This document shows, piece by piece, positions 8,115-18,783 of a stretch of 64,000 nt of DNA. This DNA is from a virus, in the IMG/VR virus record IMGVR_UViG_3300031576_000022, positions 22,249 to 86,248 of that record, one strand, 5' to 3'. Position 1 is the stretch's first letter. Each line of letters begins with the position of its first letter. Both the position numbers and the translations under genes were made by a program. The notes under the pieces are model-generated. The model did no database searches and was not told the origin of the DNA. It saw only the letters and a list, made by a program, of their open reading frames with translations.

Positions 8115-9026
8115 ATGGCACTGGTACGGCTACGCGATATTGGCGATGCTACATTTTTTGGTGATGAATCTGGTAGTATGGGTTGTCCGAGAAGTGCTAC
8201 AATCACTCTTGATTCAGAAATTTTACGAGCCAAATGTGGTGCGGCAATTTCTGAAAGATATCAGGGCATTACTAGTCTTTCAATTGAGATTTCTATTGAA
8301 ACTCTTGACCCATTTGCTGATATCCATCCCGGTGATTTTGCAACATTTGGTATTACAATTCCTGGTGCTGTAGATGGAAGTGGACTCCCTGGTATTGGAA
8401 TTGGAATTACTGTTGCTGGTGTTGTAACTGGTACTGTTCGTAGGTTTGTTAGAAACGATTTATCAAACGGAACGTATACATTGCGTGGCATTAGTGCAGA
8501 TGGAATTACATGTCCAATTACATTTCTTGATGGTGTTCCAGCTATTGATTCTGGTGCTGGACCATCTGATTTTATTCGAGATATTGTTAGTTTCGACTTT
8601 GATGATGGGAAAATTACTGCTGATGATTTTTGTCCAGAATCTATAGAAATGACAGAAGCTGCTGAACTAATTGAAGATTCATGTCAAGGTCAATTGTGGC
8701 CGACATATGTTGGTGTAACAGGGTTAAATGTTACTGTTACTGCTACAGGTAAGGGTGTTAAGCATGGGTTTGATGGTGGGTCAAGTGCATTTACTTGTCT
8801 TGGTCGCAAGGGTAGAATTGAAGTTGAAGTTGCTGTTGGTTCGGATGTTGACTGTGCTTCTTTGACGCCAAGCTCAGACATTGCAATCGTTGCTCGTGCA
8901 AATGTTACATCAATGACAATTACTGCCACTAGTGGTGAAATTTCTACGATTTCTTTAACATGGGTTGGCCATGGTGAAGCTGGTGAGTTTACCGATGAGT
9001 CGAAGCGTGCATATGTTTTTGTGTAG
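8115..9026 (+). CDS. Major tail tube protein with internal tandem duplication
   Basis: Acidic, Gly/Thr-rich; halves share RDI...CP.S...T...E....C.......Y.G.T.L; GGAGG RBS; followed by terminator, chaperones and tape measure. Confidence 0.7.
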   Translation: MALVRLRDIGDATFFGDESGSMGCPRSATITLDSEILRAKCGAAISERYQGITSLSIEISIETLDPFADIHPGDFATFGITIPGAVDGSGLPGIGIGITVAGVVTGTVRRFVRNDLSNGTYTLRGISADGITCPITFLDGVPAIDSGAGPSDFIRDIVSFDFDDGKITADDFCPESIEMTEAAELIEDSCQGQLWPTYVGVTGLNVTVTATGKGVKHGFDGGSSAFTCLGRKGRIEVEVAVGSDVDCASLTPSSDIAIVARANVTSMTITATSGEISTISLTWVGHGEAGEFTDESKRAYVFV

Positions 9027-9062
9027 TAGGTTGATTGAAATCTTGGTCAAGAATCTGGTAGC

Positions 9063-9103
9063 AACGGACAATCATATTTTTTTGGTTGTCCGTTTGTTTT
9101 TTT
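9063..9103 (+). terminator. Rho-independent terminator
   Basis: AACGGACAATCA...TGGTTGTCCGTT hairpin followed by a T tract. Confidence 0.8.
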
Positions 9104-9126
9104 GTATGACAAAATGATTTTATTTA

Positions 9127-9135
9127 TGGTATAAT
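9127..9135 (+). promoter_or_regulatory. Extended -10 promoter TGnTATAAT
   Basis: TGGTATAAT with ATGACA 18 nt upstream of TATAAT, between the terminator and the chaperone gene. Confidence 0.5.
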
Positions 9136-9207
9136 TTCTGTTGATTGCTCGCGATTTCTTAAAAAGCGAGTGTTTTGTATCCATCTACCAGAACGAGGAA
9201 AAAAAAC

Positions 9208-9744
9208 GTGATCAAGAAGGACCTGCTTGAAGAGAAGTGTTTAGAGCTTTATCAATCTGGAAAGAAATTTAAGGTTAATAACGGTGCTGAAGTTCTAATT
9301 CCATCGCTTCCAATTGGCACTAAGGCAAGTCGTTTTCTTCGTATGCGCGATGCAATTGCAAAACCAGAATTTATTGATGGAAAAGATAGGGATTGTGATG
9401 GAAAAATTATTCAGGTAAAAAATCCTGAACATATTGATCTTACTACCGATGTTGGAATGAATGCAATTGCAAAAATGTTACATGAGATTATGTCTTTGAA
9501 TTATAATATTACTTCAGAAGAATGTGATGGACTTTTTTCAATGGCACATTTCGATCAAGTTATTACTTGGTTCTATACTGGTCAAGAAAATATTGGTGCA
9601 AGTATTGCCGTTAATTCTTCGGCGAATCGCCCTACACAGGCGCCGGAAATCGACGGCGCAGGAATGAGCACGAACAAGGCACAGGAAAACGGTACGACAA
9701 CCCGCTTGAACGTAGGCGTGAAAAATCAGGAGATATTGCGCTAA
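9208..9744 (+). CDS. Tail assembly chaperone (G-like)
   Basis: Between tail tube and tape measure; GTG start with GAGG RBS. Confidence 0.65.
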   Translation: MIKKDLLEEKCLELYQSGKKFKVNNGAEVLIPSLPIGTKASRFLRMRDAIAKPEFIDGKDRDCDGKIIQVKNPEHIDLTTDVGMNAIAKMLHEIMSLNYNITSEECDGLFSMAHFDQVITWFYTGQENIGASIAVNSSANRPTQAPEIDGAGMSTNKAQENGTTTRLNVGVKNQEILR

Positions 9745-9791
9745 GTGATGATTATCTAGAAAGGCATATTCGTTGGCTACGTGCAAACATA

Positions 9792-10028
9792 ATGGTCAAT
9801 AGAGATATTGAAAATATATGTTTGCATGAAGCTAATGATATTGTTATGGTTTTAGGCGGAACTTTCAGGGCTATTAGTATGGATGATTTTCAAGATTATT
9901 GTGATGGAGTAGTGAGAGATACGAAACATTTAGCGGGGAAGAAGGTTAGCGGTGTTAGTGGAGATGAAATTAGTTTGCCTGCTTTTATGCAAATGGTAAA
10001 AGGGATGTCTTTTGGTGGTAAAAAGTAA
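9792..10028 (+). CDS. Second tail assembly chaperone ORF (T-like, -1 frame)
   Basis: The -1 frame is open from 9615 to 10028 and overlaps the upstream gene. Confidence 0.55.
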   Translation: MVNRDIENICLHEANDIVMVLGGTFRAISMDDFQDYCDGVVRDTKHLAGKKVSGVSGDEISLPAFMQMVKGMSFGGKK

Positions 10029-10073
10029 AAGTAAATACAAGAAAAATTAGAAGTAAAAGAAAGGAGGTAAAAC

Positions 10074-13000
10074 ATGGCTGATATTAATGATAAATTGATT
10101 TTTAATCTTGAAGTTAATGCGGCAAGTTTTGCCTCTGAGTTGAAAAAAGCTGTAAATTCTGCTGTCAAAAATCTCACACCAACATTAATTGTTAAAGCTT
10201 CTGATATAAAATTGCAGGGTAAGGTCAAGGCTCTTGACCTGATTGACCTGACCGGATTTGCAGAAGCGCTGAAAGCCTCTATACAGTCCGCAGCGGGGAG
10301 TTTCTCCCCTACTGGGCAGGCTATCAGTAAGGCTATTGCCCAAGGTGGCGTGTTGTTACCTAGACCTTCTGTGCGGCCTGATGGGTTGACGGCTAAGGCT
10401 GTACCGGGTGGAAATGTTGTAGATATACCATTAATTGCTGCTAAAGAGCGTGCAGCATTATTGAAGGCAATTGATAAAGAAGTAAATGCATTTGCAAGAG
10501 CTGGTGAAAGAATTAGAGTTTCCGAATTTAAGCAAGCTGAAAAAGAAAAGGTTCAGGCAGCGAAAGATGCTGCAAATGAAAGGTCCGCTGCTGAATCTCG
10601 TTTTGTAAAAAGATTGCGTGGAATACCAGATACTACTGGTTTGGCTAGTGATTCAAGAACACCAATAAAAGCCTTTCCGCTTCCTGCAATTGTTCCTGGG
10701 TTAAATACTGCTACAACTAGTATTGCTGGACTTTCATCTATTATTGGTAATTTGAATGATTCTCTTACAAAAACTAGAACTATATCTCAATCATTATCTC
10801 AGATTTTATCGACGATTGGGGCACCAGCTATTGCTTTATTTGGTAAATTTAATATTTCTGTTCAAAATGTGTTGCGTTCATTTGGTACATTAATATCTCA
10901 ATCACTTAGGTTTGCTTCTATTTCATTTGGTGCAATAATTAGTGCATTTTCTAAAATAGCTGGTGCGGCAAGATCTGCATTAAGTCCTGTTTTATCATTA
11001 ACATCTGCTTTAGTTAGATCAACAGCAATCCTTACTGGATCTGGACTTTTATTTGGTGGTCCAGCATTTATTCCAGTTGCAACTGTTCGCGCTGCTTCTG
11101 TGGCGTTTGATGAGCTTAATTCATTTACAAAAGATGTTTCATTATCTGTTGTTCAGTTTAGTGATAAAATAGCTGCATTACAAGGTAGTGATCGTGTTGC
11201 ATTTATATCTGATAAGTTCAGAGAACTTTCTGCTAGTGTTCAAGATACTTCTACAAAGTTTGGATTAACATCAAAAGATATTGCTAGTGGATTATTTGAG
11301 ATTTTATCGGCTCAGGTTGGTATTTCATCTACCGCAGAAAGGCTTGAAGCGCTTAATGCATCGGCACGGGTTGCGGTTGGCGGTGCAACTGATGTTGCAT
11401 CAGCATTCAAGGGTCTTGTTGCAATTAATGCTGCTTTTAATACGTCGTTTGAGCAAGCATCTGATAAATTATTTGCTATTCAGAGATTGGGCATTGCTCC
11501 TGTTAAAGAGCTGGGTCCTCAGCTTGGTAGGGTGGCAAGTATTGCGTCTGAAGCTGGTGCAAATATTAATGAACTTGGTGCAGCTATTTCTACGATTACG
11601 TCTCGTGGTATTCCATTGGAGACAACATTTACAGGATTGCGTCAAGTGTTTGCTGAGCTTGCTTCTTCTGGTGGTGCTAGTATTCAAAAATTAGTGAAAG
11701 AAATACGAGAAACAAAAGGTATTGATATTACGTTTGATATTAATACATTACGTGCAGAAGGTGGTCTTAAGAGTTTCCTTGATAAATTGAATGAAATTAG
11801 AAGGATTGATCCTGGGTTAATTGGTAAGTTATTTCCTGATACTAGGTCTATTAGTGTAATTCTTCCTTTATTGGGAAGCGTTAGTAGATTTTCAAAAGAT
11901 TTAGTACAAGTAGCTGGTGCAAGGGGTGAGGCTGAAGCCGCAAGCGATGCGATTGTTAATACATTAGCTGGTTCTTATGATCGATTAAAGGCTGCCATTT
12001 CAAACAATGTTGTTGCTGGTGCAGATCATATAGCTTCTATTATCGGGTTAAAAGAAGTTATTGATGATATTATAAAAAGTTTGGATGATTTCCAGAAAAA
12101 AATTAGAGGAATTTCTTTTCTTGATTTGAAAAAATTTCTTGGTGATCTTGTAACAACCAAAGATGGAATTTCTTCAATTGTTGAGTTTTTGTCTAGAAAA
12201 TTTGGTGAGATTTCTGGTGTTCTATTAAAACAAACCGCTCCAATTTTACGTATTGGAGCGGTTCTTGGGCTTACTCTTGGAAAGATTATAGGTGATGCTA
12301 TATTTGGACAGATACAAGAATCAATTAGAAAATCATTGCCAAAAGTGGTTGCATTAACTGATATATTTGATGATTTTGGAACTGAAGGAAAATCATTAGA
12401 AAGTCGCAGGATAGGTCCAAAAAAAGATGTTAGCATTGCTAGTTCAATAAATGATTCACTAAAAGAATCATTTAAACTGATTGGTAATCTTGAGGCTTTT
12501 TCTGCTGGTATTGATGTAATATTTTCTGAAATGGAAGGTGTTGGTAAGAATTTTTCTAAATCGATTTTAGGTGCAGGTCTTACTCTTGAAAAACAATTTT
12601 CTAAATTAACCGTTTCTATTGATGCAGGTAGGATAGTTGATGATGCTAAATCATTGCGTAATGTTCTTGAACAAGAAATTGAGGGGATAAAGCCATTTGA
12701 TCCTACTATAATAAATTCATTTGTTAATGTTATTCAAAAACTTCAAGCTACTAATATATCTAAATCTGTTCTTGGTGGTATTGATGATAAAAATATTAAT
12801 GATTTATTTAAATCAATAGGTGGACTTGGAAGTGCAACAATAGAATTAAAGAAAGCATTTATAGATCTTGGCGCCGATATAAAGATTCCAGGTATTGGTG
12901 AAAGTGTTGAGGTGATTGATGAACAAATTAAAAAATTAAGGGTTGGTATTGCTTTCCTTGAAAGAAAAGGATTTTCTGATGCCGCTAAGAATCTTTCTAA

Positions 13001-13931
13001 TGGAATCAAAAGGTTAGAAGATTCTGTTGCTGGAACTTTTGATAAATCTGTTTTTGAAAAGCTTGGAATTAAAGATGCTGGAAATGATATACGTTCTCAG
13101 CTTGTTGCTGTAACAAATGCTGTGCGTGAGTTTGATAGTCAAATTAAAGGAAGGATAGGAACCGATGAAATTAAAAAGAAATTTATCGCATTAAGAAGTT
13201 TACTTAAATTTCTTGCAATTGAAAACTTGAGATTAGATGTTAGGTTCGATTTTTCAAGTACAGAAGAACAGGCTAAAATTGGTGCTGCAAAGGCATCTGA
13301 ATTTATAAAGGATGCATTGAAGACTGTATCTGATCAGGTTTTCACAGAGATTCCTTCAATATTTGGAATATCATCGTTTAAAATACCAAAATTTGAAATA
13401 TCTAAAATAGATAGAGATAGTTTGCAAAAACAAATCCAGCAAACACTTGGAAACTTTAAGGGGATTCTTTCTGGTATAGAAAATATTAGTGGTTTTGAAA
13501 TATTAAAAAAGCAGGTTCAAGATGCTATAAAAGAAATGGAAAAAATGCCAGGTATTGTAGAAAAGATTAAGGATTCAAGTAAAACAATTGGTGATGGTTT
13601 TGGTGAAGGATTTGATCAAATAACAATTCTTGTTGCAGATCAAGAGAGAGCATTTGAATCTTTTAATAAAGCTTTGCGGGATACATTTTTGACTCAAGAA
13701 CAGGCTGCAAAACGTGCCGCTGAAGCTCAAGCAAAACTTACTGAGGCTTACGAAAAAACTGCTGCTGCGGCACAAAAAGTTGCAGAATTACAAGCCGCTA
13801 ATGCTGGACTTGTAGGTGTTCAATCTGCTCCAACATCAATAATTGATGCTAGAAATCAAACATTAAATGTAATACCTGGAATTGGATTCAACACTGGTCC
13901 GATTTTTTTCCCAAAAATTCCACCTAAATAA
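10074..13931 (+). CDS. Tail tape measure protein (TP901-type core)
   Basis: 1285 aa, helical and Ala/Ser/Leu-rich; TKFG..DIASGLFEILSA, ELGPQLGRVASIASEAG; AAGGAGG RBS. Confidence 0.92.
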   Translation: MADINDKLIFNLEVNAASFASELKKAVNSAVKNLTPTLIVKASDIKLQGKVKALDLIDLTGFAEALKASIQSAAGSFSPTGQAISKAIAQGGVLLPRPSVRPDGLTAKAVPGGNVVDIPLIAAKERAALLKAIDKEVNAFARAGERIRVSEFKQAEKEKVQAAKDAANERSAAESRFVKRLRGIPDTTGLASDSRTPIKAFPLPAIVPGLNTATTSIAGLSSIIGNLNDSLTKTRTISQSLSQILSTIGAPAIALFGKFNISVQNVLRSFGTLISQSLRFASISFGAIISAFSKIAGAARSALSPVLSLTSALVRSTAILTGSGLLFGGPAFIPVATVRAASVAFDELNSFTKDVSLSVVQFSDKIAALQGSDRVAFISDKFRELSASVQDTSTKFGLTSKDIASGLFEILSAQVGISSTAERLEALNASARVAVGGATDVASAFKGLVAINAAFNTSFEQASDKLFAIQRLGIAPVKELGPQLGRVASIASEAGANINELGAAISTITSRGIPLETTFTGLRQVFAELASSGGASIQKLVKEIRETKGIDITFDINTLRAEGGLKSFLDKLNEIRRIDPGLIGKLFPDTRSISVILPLLGSVSRFSKDLVQVAGARGEAEAASDAIVNTLAGSYDRLKAAISNNVVAGADHIASIIGLKEVIDDIIKSLDDFQKKIRGISFLDLKKFLGDLVTTKDGISSIVEFLSRKFGEISGVLLKQTAPILRIGAVLGLTLGKIIGDAIFGQIQESIRKSLPKVVALTDIFDDFGTEGKSLESRRIGPKKDVSIASSINDSLKESFKLIGNLEAFSAGIDVIFSEMEGVGKNFSKSILGAGLTLEKQFSKLTVSIDAGRIVDDAKSLRNVLEQEIEGIKPFDPTIINSFVNVIQKLQATNISKSVLGGIDDKNINDLFKSIGGLGSATIELKKAFIDLGADIKIPGIGESVEVIDEQIKKLRVGIAFLERKGFSDAAKNLSNGIKRLEDSVAGTFDKSVFEKLGIKDAGNDIRSQLVAVTNAVREFDSQIKGRIGTDEIKKKFIALRSLLKFLAIENLRLDVRFDFSSTEEQAKIGAAKASEFIKDALKTVSDQVFTEIPSIFGISSFKIPKFEISKIDRDSLQKQIQQTLGNFKGILSGIENISGFEILKKQVQDAIKEMEKMPGIVEKIKDSSKTIGDGFGEGFDQITILVADQERAFESFNKALRDTFLTQEQAAKRAAEAQAKLTEAYEKTAAAAQKVAELQAANAGLVGVQSAPTSIIDARNQTLNVIPGIGFNTGPIFFPKIPPK

Positions 13932-13944
13932 ACGATAAAATTAT

Positions 13945-14349
13945 ATGGCTGATTCAGCTTGTCCAAAATGGGATACACTTGAGTTTGAAAACGGTGAAGA
14001 ATCGTATGGAAATATTATTATGTCAGTCAAGGAGGCTTCTCCGCCAGGTATTTCTGGTGTTGCGGTTATGCCTCTTGGTCTTACTAAACGATTTATTACA
14101 GTAAAGGGGATTATGGAGGGCGGTGTAGGTGAAGGAGATTCTTTAGCAACAAAACAAGCATTGCATGAAGCTGCTTGTGAAACAATGGGAATTAAAAAAT
14201 ATGTTACTGGAAATGGTCGTGAGTTTGACAAGGTTAGATATGTAACTATTATTTGGGGACGGATTTTTGGAAATGCGTCTTCCGGTGGTCAGGATGCAGA
14301 ATATACGGCAACATTAGAACAAATTATTCCACCAGAACCGGCGACGTAG
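13945..14349 (+). CDS. Putative distal tail protein
   Basis: Small beta-rich ORF right after the tape measure. Confidence 0.45.
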   Translation: MADSACPKWDTLEFENGEESYGNIIMSVKEASPPGISGVAVMPLGLTKRFITVKGIMEGGVGEGDSLATKQALHEAACETMGIKKYVTGNGREFDKVRYVTIIWGRIFGNASSGGQDAEYTATLEQIIPPEPAT

Positions 14350-14361
14350 TATAATAATCCC

Positions 14362-15516
14362 ATGACATTTCCAAATACGCTTCATACTCCGGTATCGAAA
14401 GATACAAGTGCTGATGAAATTGTTAATCCGCAATTTTATATTAATGGTGTTGATGTAAATCAGATTAATGCGGAGATATTTGGAATTGAAGTTCAGCTTG
14501 GGTTATCTAAAAAGCTTGATCTAACTGTTAGTGTAAATACATTACAAATTGCTGGTCCGGCTCAGTCAACGATTGGCGGTATTATTGTTTCTATTCCCGG
14601 TGGAAGTATTACATTTATTATTGCTGGTGTATTTTTTGTTTGGGTTGATTCTTTTGGTGTTTTATTTAGTGGTGCATCGTTACCAACTACTTCTAATTAC
14701 CTTCCCATCGCACAAGTAGTTTGTGGTGTTGGTGGTACAATTATTTCATTTGTTGATTTGCGTCCATGGCTTAATGGTACTGGTGGCGGTGGTAGTGGAT
14801 CTTTTCCAGCTAATTATCGTGCAACAACAACTGAGCCTAGATATGCTAGGCGTGATGTTATTGTACTTGCTGCTACTGATTTTCTTCCTGCTGGGTTGAT
14901 TCCACTTAGTTCATCTGCGTATTTTGATATTGATATTGTTACAAGTATTGCGGTTGAGGTTACGATCTTTCAGATTGAAGGGATTAATGTAACACCAATC
15001 ATTCTCGGAACAACCGTTGCTGGTGTTAATAAAAGGTTTAGGGTACAAGCTCCTAAAAATTATGATGGAAGTGTTGTTGATATTGAATATCAAATGCAAG
15101 TTGATTTTGCCTGTACTGTTGAGTTTCTTGGAATCATGGAGATTGATTTTGATGCGTTACTTGAAAGTACACCAGCAAGTCTTGGCGGTACTGAATTGAT
15201 TCCGTTCCAGGTTGCGTTCTTGTTCTCTGATATTAGTCCAGTTGTATTGTTCAATATGCTTGCTGGTGATGTACTTACCGAATGCGAGGTTATTATTCAA
15301 ACAGTGTTCAATACTGTGTCCGCTACGCTTGAGGTTGGGGTCATCGGCGATCTTGGTGCAGTGCTTGATAGTGGTGAGATTGATGCTGACGTAGTTGGAC
15401 AATATGCAACTATAGCTGATAGGACTTCTGCTATTGCAGATAATTTATTGTTAACTATTACGCCTTCAGGGTCAACAAGTGGAAGTGGATACGTTTCGGG
15501 TATTATTAGGCGATAG
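14362..15516 (+). CDS. Minor tail / virion structural protein
   Basis: Acidic, beta-rich 384 aa; PIAQVVC....IISFVDLRPW pattern typical of tail proteins. Confidence 0.55.
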   Translation: MTFPNTLHTPVSKDTSADEIVNPQFYINGVDVNQINAEIFGIEVQLGLSKKLDLTVSVNTLQIAGPAQSTIGGIIVSIPGGSITFIIAGVFFVWVDSFGVLFSGASLPTTSNYLPIAQVVCGVGGTIISFVDLRPWLNGTGGGGSGSFPANYRATTTEPRYARRDVIVLAATDFLPAGLIPLSSSAYFDIDIVTSIAVEVTIFQIEGINVTPIILGTTVAGVNKRFRVQAPKNYDGSVVDIEYQMQVDFACTVEFLGIMEIDFDALLESTPASLGGTELIPFQVAFLFSDISPVVLFNMLAGDVLTECEVIIQTVFNTVSATLEVGVIGDLGAVLDSGEIDADVVGQYATIADRTSAIADNLLLTITPSGSTSGSGYVSGIIRR

Positions 15517-15559
15517 GAACTACGACCTTCTCCCCTACCAGGCTTGAGTTACATTAGAA

Positions 15560-16354
15560 ATGTCGTCACAAGATTTTATAAATGCATTAGGAACACTTGC
15601 GAATCAATTTCGCATTGGGCTTAATGGACCAATGTTTGTTGCTGTTGGTGCAGAAAAATTTAGGTTAGTTAATATTGAAAATACTCAATATCTTAGACTT
15701 GAAACAAATAATCCAATTGATCCACAAGATGTTGTTACTCTTGCTTATTTAACATCATTATTTGCATTATTGGTTTCTAAAGGAACAACTATTAGTACGA
15801 TTGAAGGTATTCAAGGTGGTGGAGATTTATCAACTAATAGAACATTTAAGCTTGATATTAATGGACTTGTAGAAGTAGCTACGGTTGATCCACTTGTTGA
15901 TTTTATTGTTATATATGATTTTAGTGCTGGTTTTCATAGAAAGATAAAACCATCTGCTTTTGTTGCTTCAACAATTGCTGCCTATCCAATTTATTTTGGT
16001 GCCTCATCTGTTACTGGAAGCACAACTACTAGATATTTATATCCTTGCTTTGATTCGTCTATTGCACAAACCATTGAGATTGGTGTTAGAGTTACAAGGA
16101 ATGGAACATTACAAAACTTATTTATTGTTCAAAACAATCCAGCCGGTAATGGTAATAGTATAGTTTATACTGTTCGTATTAATGGGGTAGATACTTTGTT
16201 AGTAGTTACAATCGCTAGTAATGTTCAGAATGGATCAAATATTGTTGATACTGTTATTGTTTTAGCTGGTGATAGGGTTTCCATTAAGGTAACGAAATCT
16301 CTTACGATTGGTGTAAGTCCAGATGATATTCTTGCTACGTTGGAGTTAACTTAA
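15560..16354 (+). CDS. Tail fibre-like protein
   Basis: PIDPQDVVTLAY and GIQGGGDLSTNRTF fibre motifs. Confidence 0.6.
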   Translation: MSSQDFINALGTLANQFRIGLNGPMFVAVGAEKFRLVNIENTQYLRLETNNPIDPQDVVTLAYLTSLFALLVSKGTTISTIEGIQGGGDLSTNRTFKLDINGLVEVATVDPLVDFIVIYDFSAGFHRKIKPSAFVASTIAAYPIYFGASSVTGSTTTRYLYPCFDSSIAQTIEIGVRVTRNGTLQNLFIVQNNPAGNGNSIVYTVRINGVDTLLVVTIASNVQNGSNIVDTVIVLAGDRVSIKVTKSLTIGVSPDDILATLELT

Positions 16355-16355
16355 A

Positions 16356-17414
16356 ATGGCTAATGTAACTAGACGGTATCGAAGGACCGATATAAAATTA
16401 GAATCTTCTATATCAAAGCTTATTGCTTCTGGTGTTTTTATTTCTTTATCATCACCAGAACCAGGACAAATGGTTGATGCTATTGTTGATAATACGAATA
16501 CAAATTATGCAATAGATTCAGATAATATAATGAACTTAGAAGGGTTTACTTTTGTTTCTGAGAATCCAGTTACATCTTTAGAGATTGATGCTGCGGGTGA
16601 AATCCCTCCAGTAAATCGTATTAGAGAGTCTGGTGGAACAGAATTATCGATTGGTTCTGTATCAAATGGTCAAAATTTGCAACGATCTGGTTCAAGTATT
16701 ATTGGTGTAGCTCCCGGTGGTGGTGGTTCATTTGATCAAAGAGATGTGTTTCTTCACGAACATTTTTTATCTGGAAATACAGATATTGATGAAATTGGTG
16801 TAATGGGATGGAGAACATATTCTATTGGCACTGGAAATGATATTACATTTTTTATGTCTCAGGCTGGCCGTCCAGGAATACTGCAATTAAATGGTGGAAC
16901 TGCTGGTACATCTAGGGCAGCTATTGCTTTGGGTGATGAGCTTGGTGTTGGTGGTAGAACGATACTTGGTGGTACAAATCCAATCAATCTTGAATTTTTA
17001 ATGCGATTTCCATCTGCTTCAGATTTGTTGGTTGCAAATATTGAAAGGATGGAGTGTGGTTTTGGTTTAGATTGGAATCCAGATGTTCAATTACCTAATG
17101 CGTTGGTTGTGAGATATGATCCAGCGGCAAGTTCGTTTTGGAGTTTGGTTGCAGCAAATGCTGGTGTAAGAACCGTTGTGTCTACTGGAATTGCTCCTGT
17201 AGCTGGAATATGGGCAAGATGTAAAATAGTATTTACTACTGGTCTAGGGGCGGAATTATTTATCAATGGTGCATCGGTTGCTTCACTGAATACAAATATT
17301 CCTGTTATAGCTGTTGGTGTAGGGATTAAGATTAGTGCGAACAGTGGTATTGGATGTATGGGTCAGTGGGATTACATCATCGGAACACAGGTCACCAACA
17401 AAGAGGGGGCTTAA
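16356..17414 (+). CDS. Virion protein with C-terminal lectin/LamG-like beta-sandwich
   Basis: STGIA.....W....IV.......LFING..VAS..TNIP pattern. Confidence 0.55.
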   Translation: MANVTRRYRRTDIKLESSISKLIASGVFISLSSPEPGQMVDAIVDNTNTNYAIDSDNIMNLEGFTFVSENPVTSLEIDAAGEIPPVNRIRESGGTELSIGSVSNGQNLQRSGSSIIGVAPGGGGSFDQRDVFLHEHFLSGNTDIDEIGVMGWRTYSIGTGNDITFFMSQAGRPGILQLNGGTAGTSRAAIALGDELGVGGRTILGGTNPINLEFLMRFPSASDLLVANIERMECGFGLDWNPDVQLPNALVVRYDPAASSFWSLVAANAGVRTVVSTGIAPVAGIWARCKIVFTTGLGAELFINGASVASLNTNIPVIAVGVGIKISANSGIGCMGQWDYIIGTQVTNKEGA

Positions 17415-17417
17415 GAA

Positions 17418-18038
17418 ATGCCTGTTCCAGCAAATCATGGGTTTCCGATTCAACGTCCTGGTTTTATTACAGGAGCATCATGGCTGGGTGCCGATAATGA
17501 TCTTGATCTTCAGGTTAGTTATACCAATGCATTAGGAAACCCAGCCGTCATTCAGTTTGCAGCGCAAGCTGTTGGAAGGCCTGGTGAAGTTTGTGTTCCT
17601 GCTAGTTCTGATTTTAATAATCTTGGTCCACGCGCACGAGATATTCTTGCGGCACACCTTCGTATGGCATGCATGGTTGCTGGTCATGCTGTTCCAGGTT
17701 CCCGTGAATTTAATGATGTGTTTATTCAATCAGGATCGAATAATTTTCAAACTTCAATTAGTAATGCAGCAAAGGTTAATTCATCGGCAATGGTTTCTGA
17801 TACAGAAGTGGATATTCTTTGGAAAATCGGTGCCAATGGTCCTATATACACAACCAGGCTTGGTCATGGTGAATTGGGAAATTATGTATTTGTTCCTCAA
17901 ACACAATTGCTAGTTATTCCTGGTGCAGTAAAGGCGCAGTTTTCGAATTATGTTCACAATCATCCTAGCCAGGTATTAACTCAGGCTCAAAAAGATGATA
18001 TCGTAGCATATGTCATTGGATTAAAGCCTTGGGTTTAG
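17418..18038 (+). CDS. Hypothetical protein (structural operon)
   Basis: 206-aa ORF, GAGGGG RBS, closely packed. Confidence 0.6.
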   Translation: MPVPANHGFPIQRPGFITGASWLGADNDLDLQVSYTNALGNPAVIQFAAQAVGRPGEVCVPASSDFNNLGPRARDILAAHLRMACMVAGHAVPGSREFNDVFIQSGSNNFQTSISNAAKVNSSAMVSDTEVDILWKIGANGPIYTTRLGHGELGNYVFVPQTQLLVIPGAVKAQFSNYVHNHPSQVLTQAQKDDIVAYVIGLKPWV

Positions 18039-18103
18039 TTTTATAATAAATAAAAACATACCTAGTCATATAGAAATATATGACTAGGTTATGGAGTTTT
18101 AAA

Positions 18104-18601
18104 ATGCCAGCTATAGTTGAATTGCGTAAAAATTTATATCGAGTTGTTAGGTCTGAAGATGGTAGATTAATTAGGCATGAAAATGGAAAGCCTATTGATG
18201 GCGGTGGACACAAAACCAAGAAGAAAGCCGTATCTCAGGTTTGTAAAATAAACACATCATTACAATTGCGCGATTCTTTGATCAAAGAAAAAACAGTGGA
18301 ATTAGCGCTAGAGTCTGCGGATCGATCGCGACTACCAGATAGTTCCTTTGCCCTAGTATCACCAGGGGGCGAGATCGACGATTCTGGACGTACCGTGCCC
18401 AGGTCGAATCGGAAGCTGCCCTACCGCAATGTAGATGGGTCGGTGATGATCGAGAACGCCTATGCCGCTATAGCTGCCCTCAATGGAGCGCGGGATGGTG
18501 TAGATGCGACCAAAGAACAAAAGGATCGTGCATGGAATAAAATCATTGCGGCAATTAGAGAAAAATTTCTTGATTACAATCCGCCAAATAAAATGTTTTA
18601 A
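18104..18601 (+). CDS. Hypothetical phage protein with RSRLPDSSFA...RKLPY motif
   Basis: GGAG RBS before ATG 18104; motif recalled from phage head-module proteins. Confidence 0.55.
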   Translation: MPAIVELRKNLYRVVRSEDGRLIRHENGKPIDGGGHKTKKKAVSQVCKINTSLQLRDSLIKEKTVELALESADRSRLPDSSFALVSPGGEIDDSGRTVPRSNRKLPYRNVDGSVMIENAYAAIAALNGARDGVDATKEQKDRAWNKIIAAIREKFLDYNPPNKMF

Positions 18602-18616
18602 TTATAATAAAATTAT

Positions 18617-18748
18617 ATGTTATCTTATGTTTATAGTTTTTTTTATCGATATATTGAAATAGTATTTATGGCAATATTTTTTATAGTATTAGGATTTTTG
18701 ATTTTGTTGTTTCAAGTTCTACTTGACAAGAAAAAAAATGAGAAGTAA
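18617..18748 (+). CDS. Small single-pass membrane protein (43 aa)
   Basis: Manual translation MLSYVYSFFYRYIEIVFMAIFFIVLGFLILLFQVLLDKKKNEK; TATAAT at 18603-18608. Confidence 0.4.
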   Translation: MLSYVYSFFYRYIEIVFMAIFFIVLGFLILLFQVLLDKKKNEK

Positions 18749-18783
18749 TGTCCAGCACTTTTCCCTACTGAGCTATTTTTTAT

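Noticed and set aside
14362-18038. Diversity-generating retroelement or invertible tail-fibre cassette
   Set aside because: No reverse transcriptase, template/variable repeat pair or invertase seen in the window.
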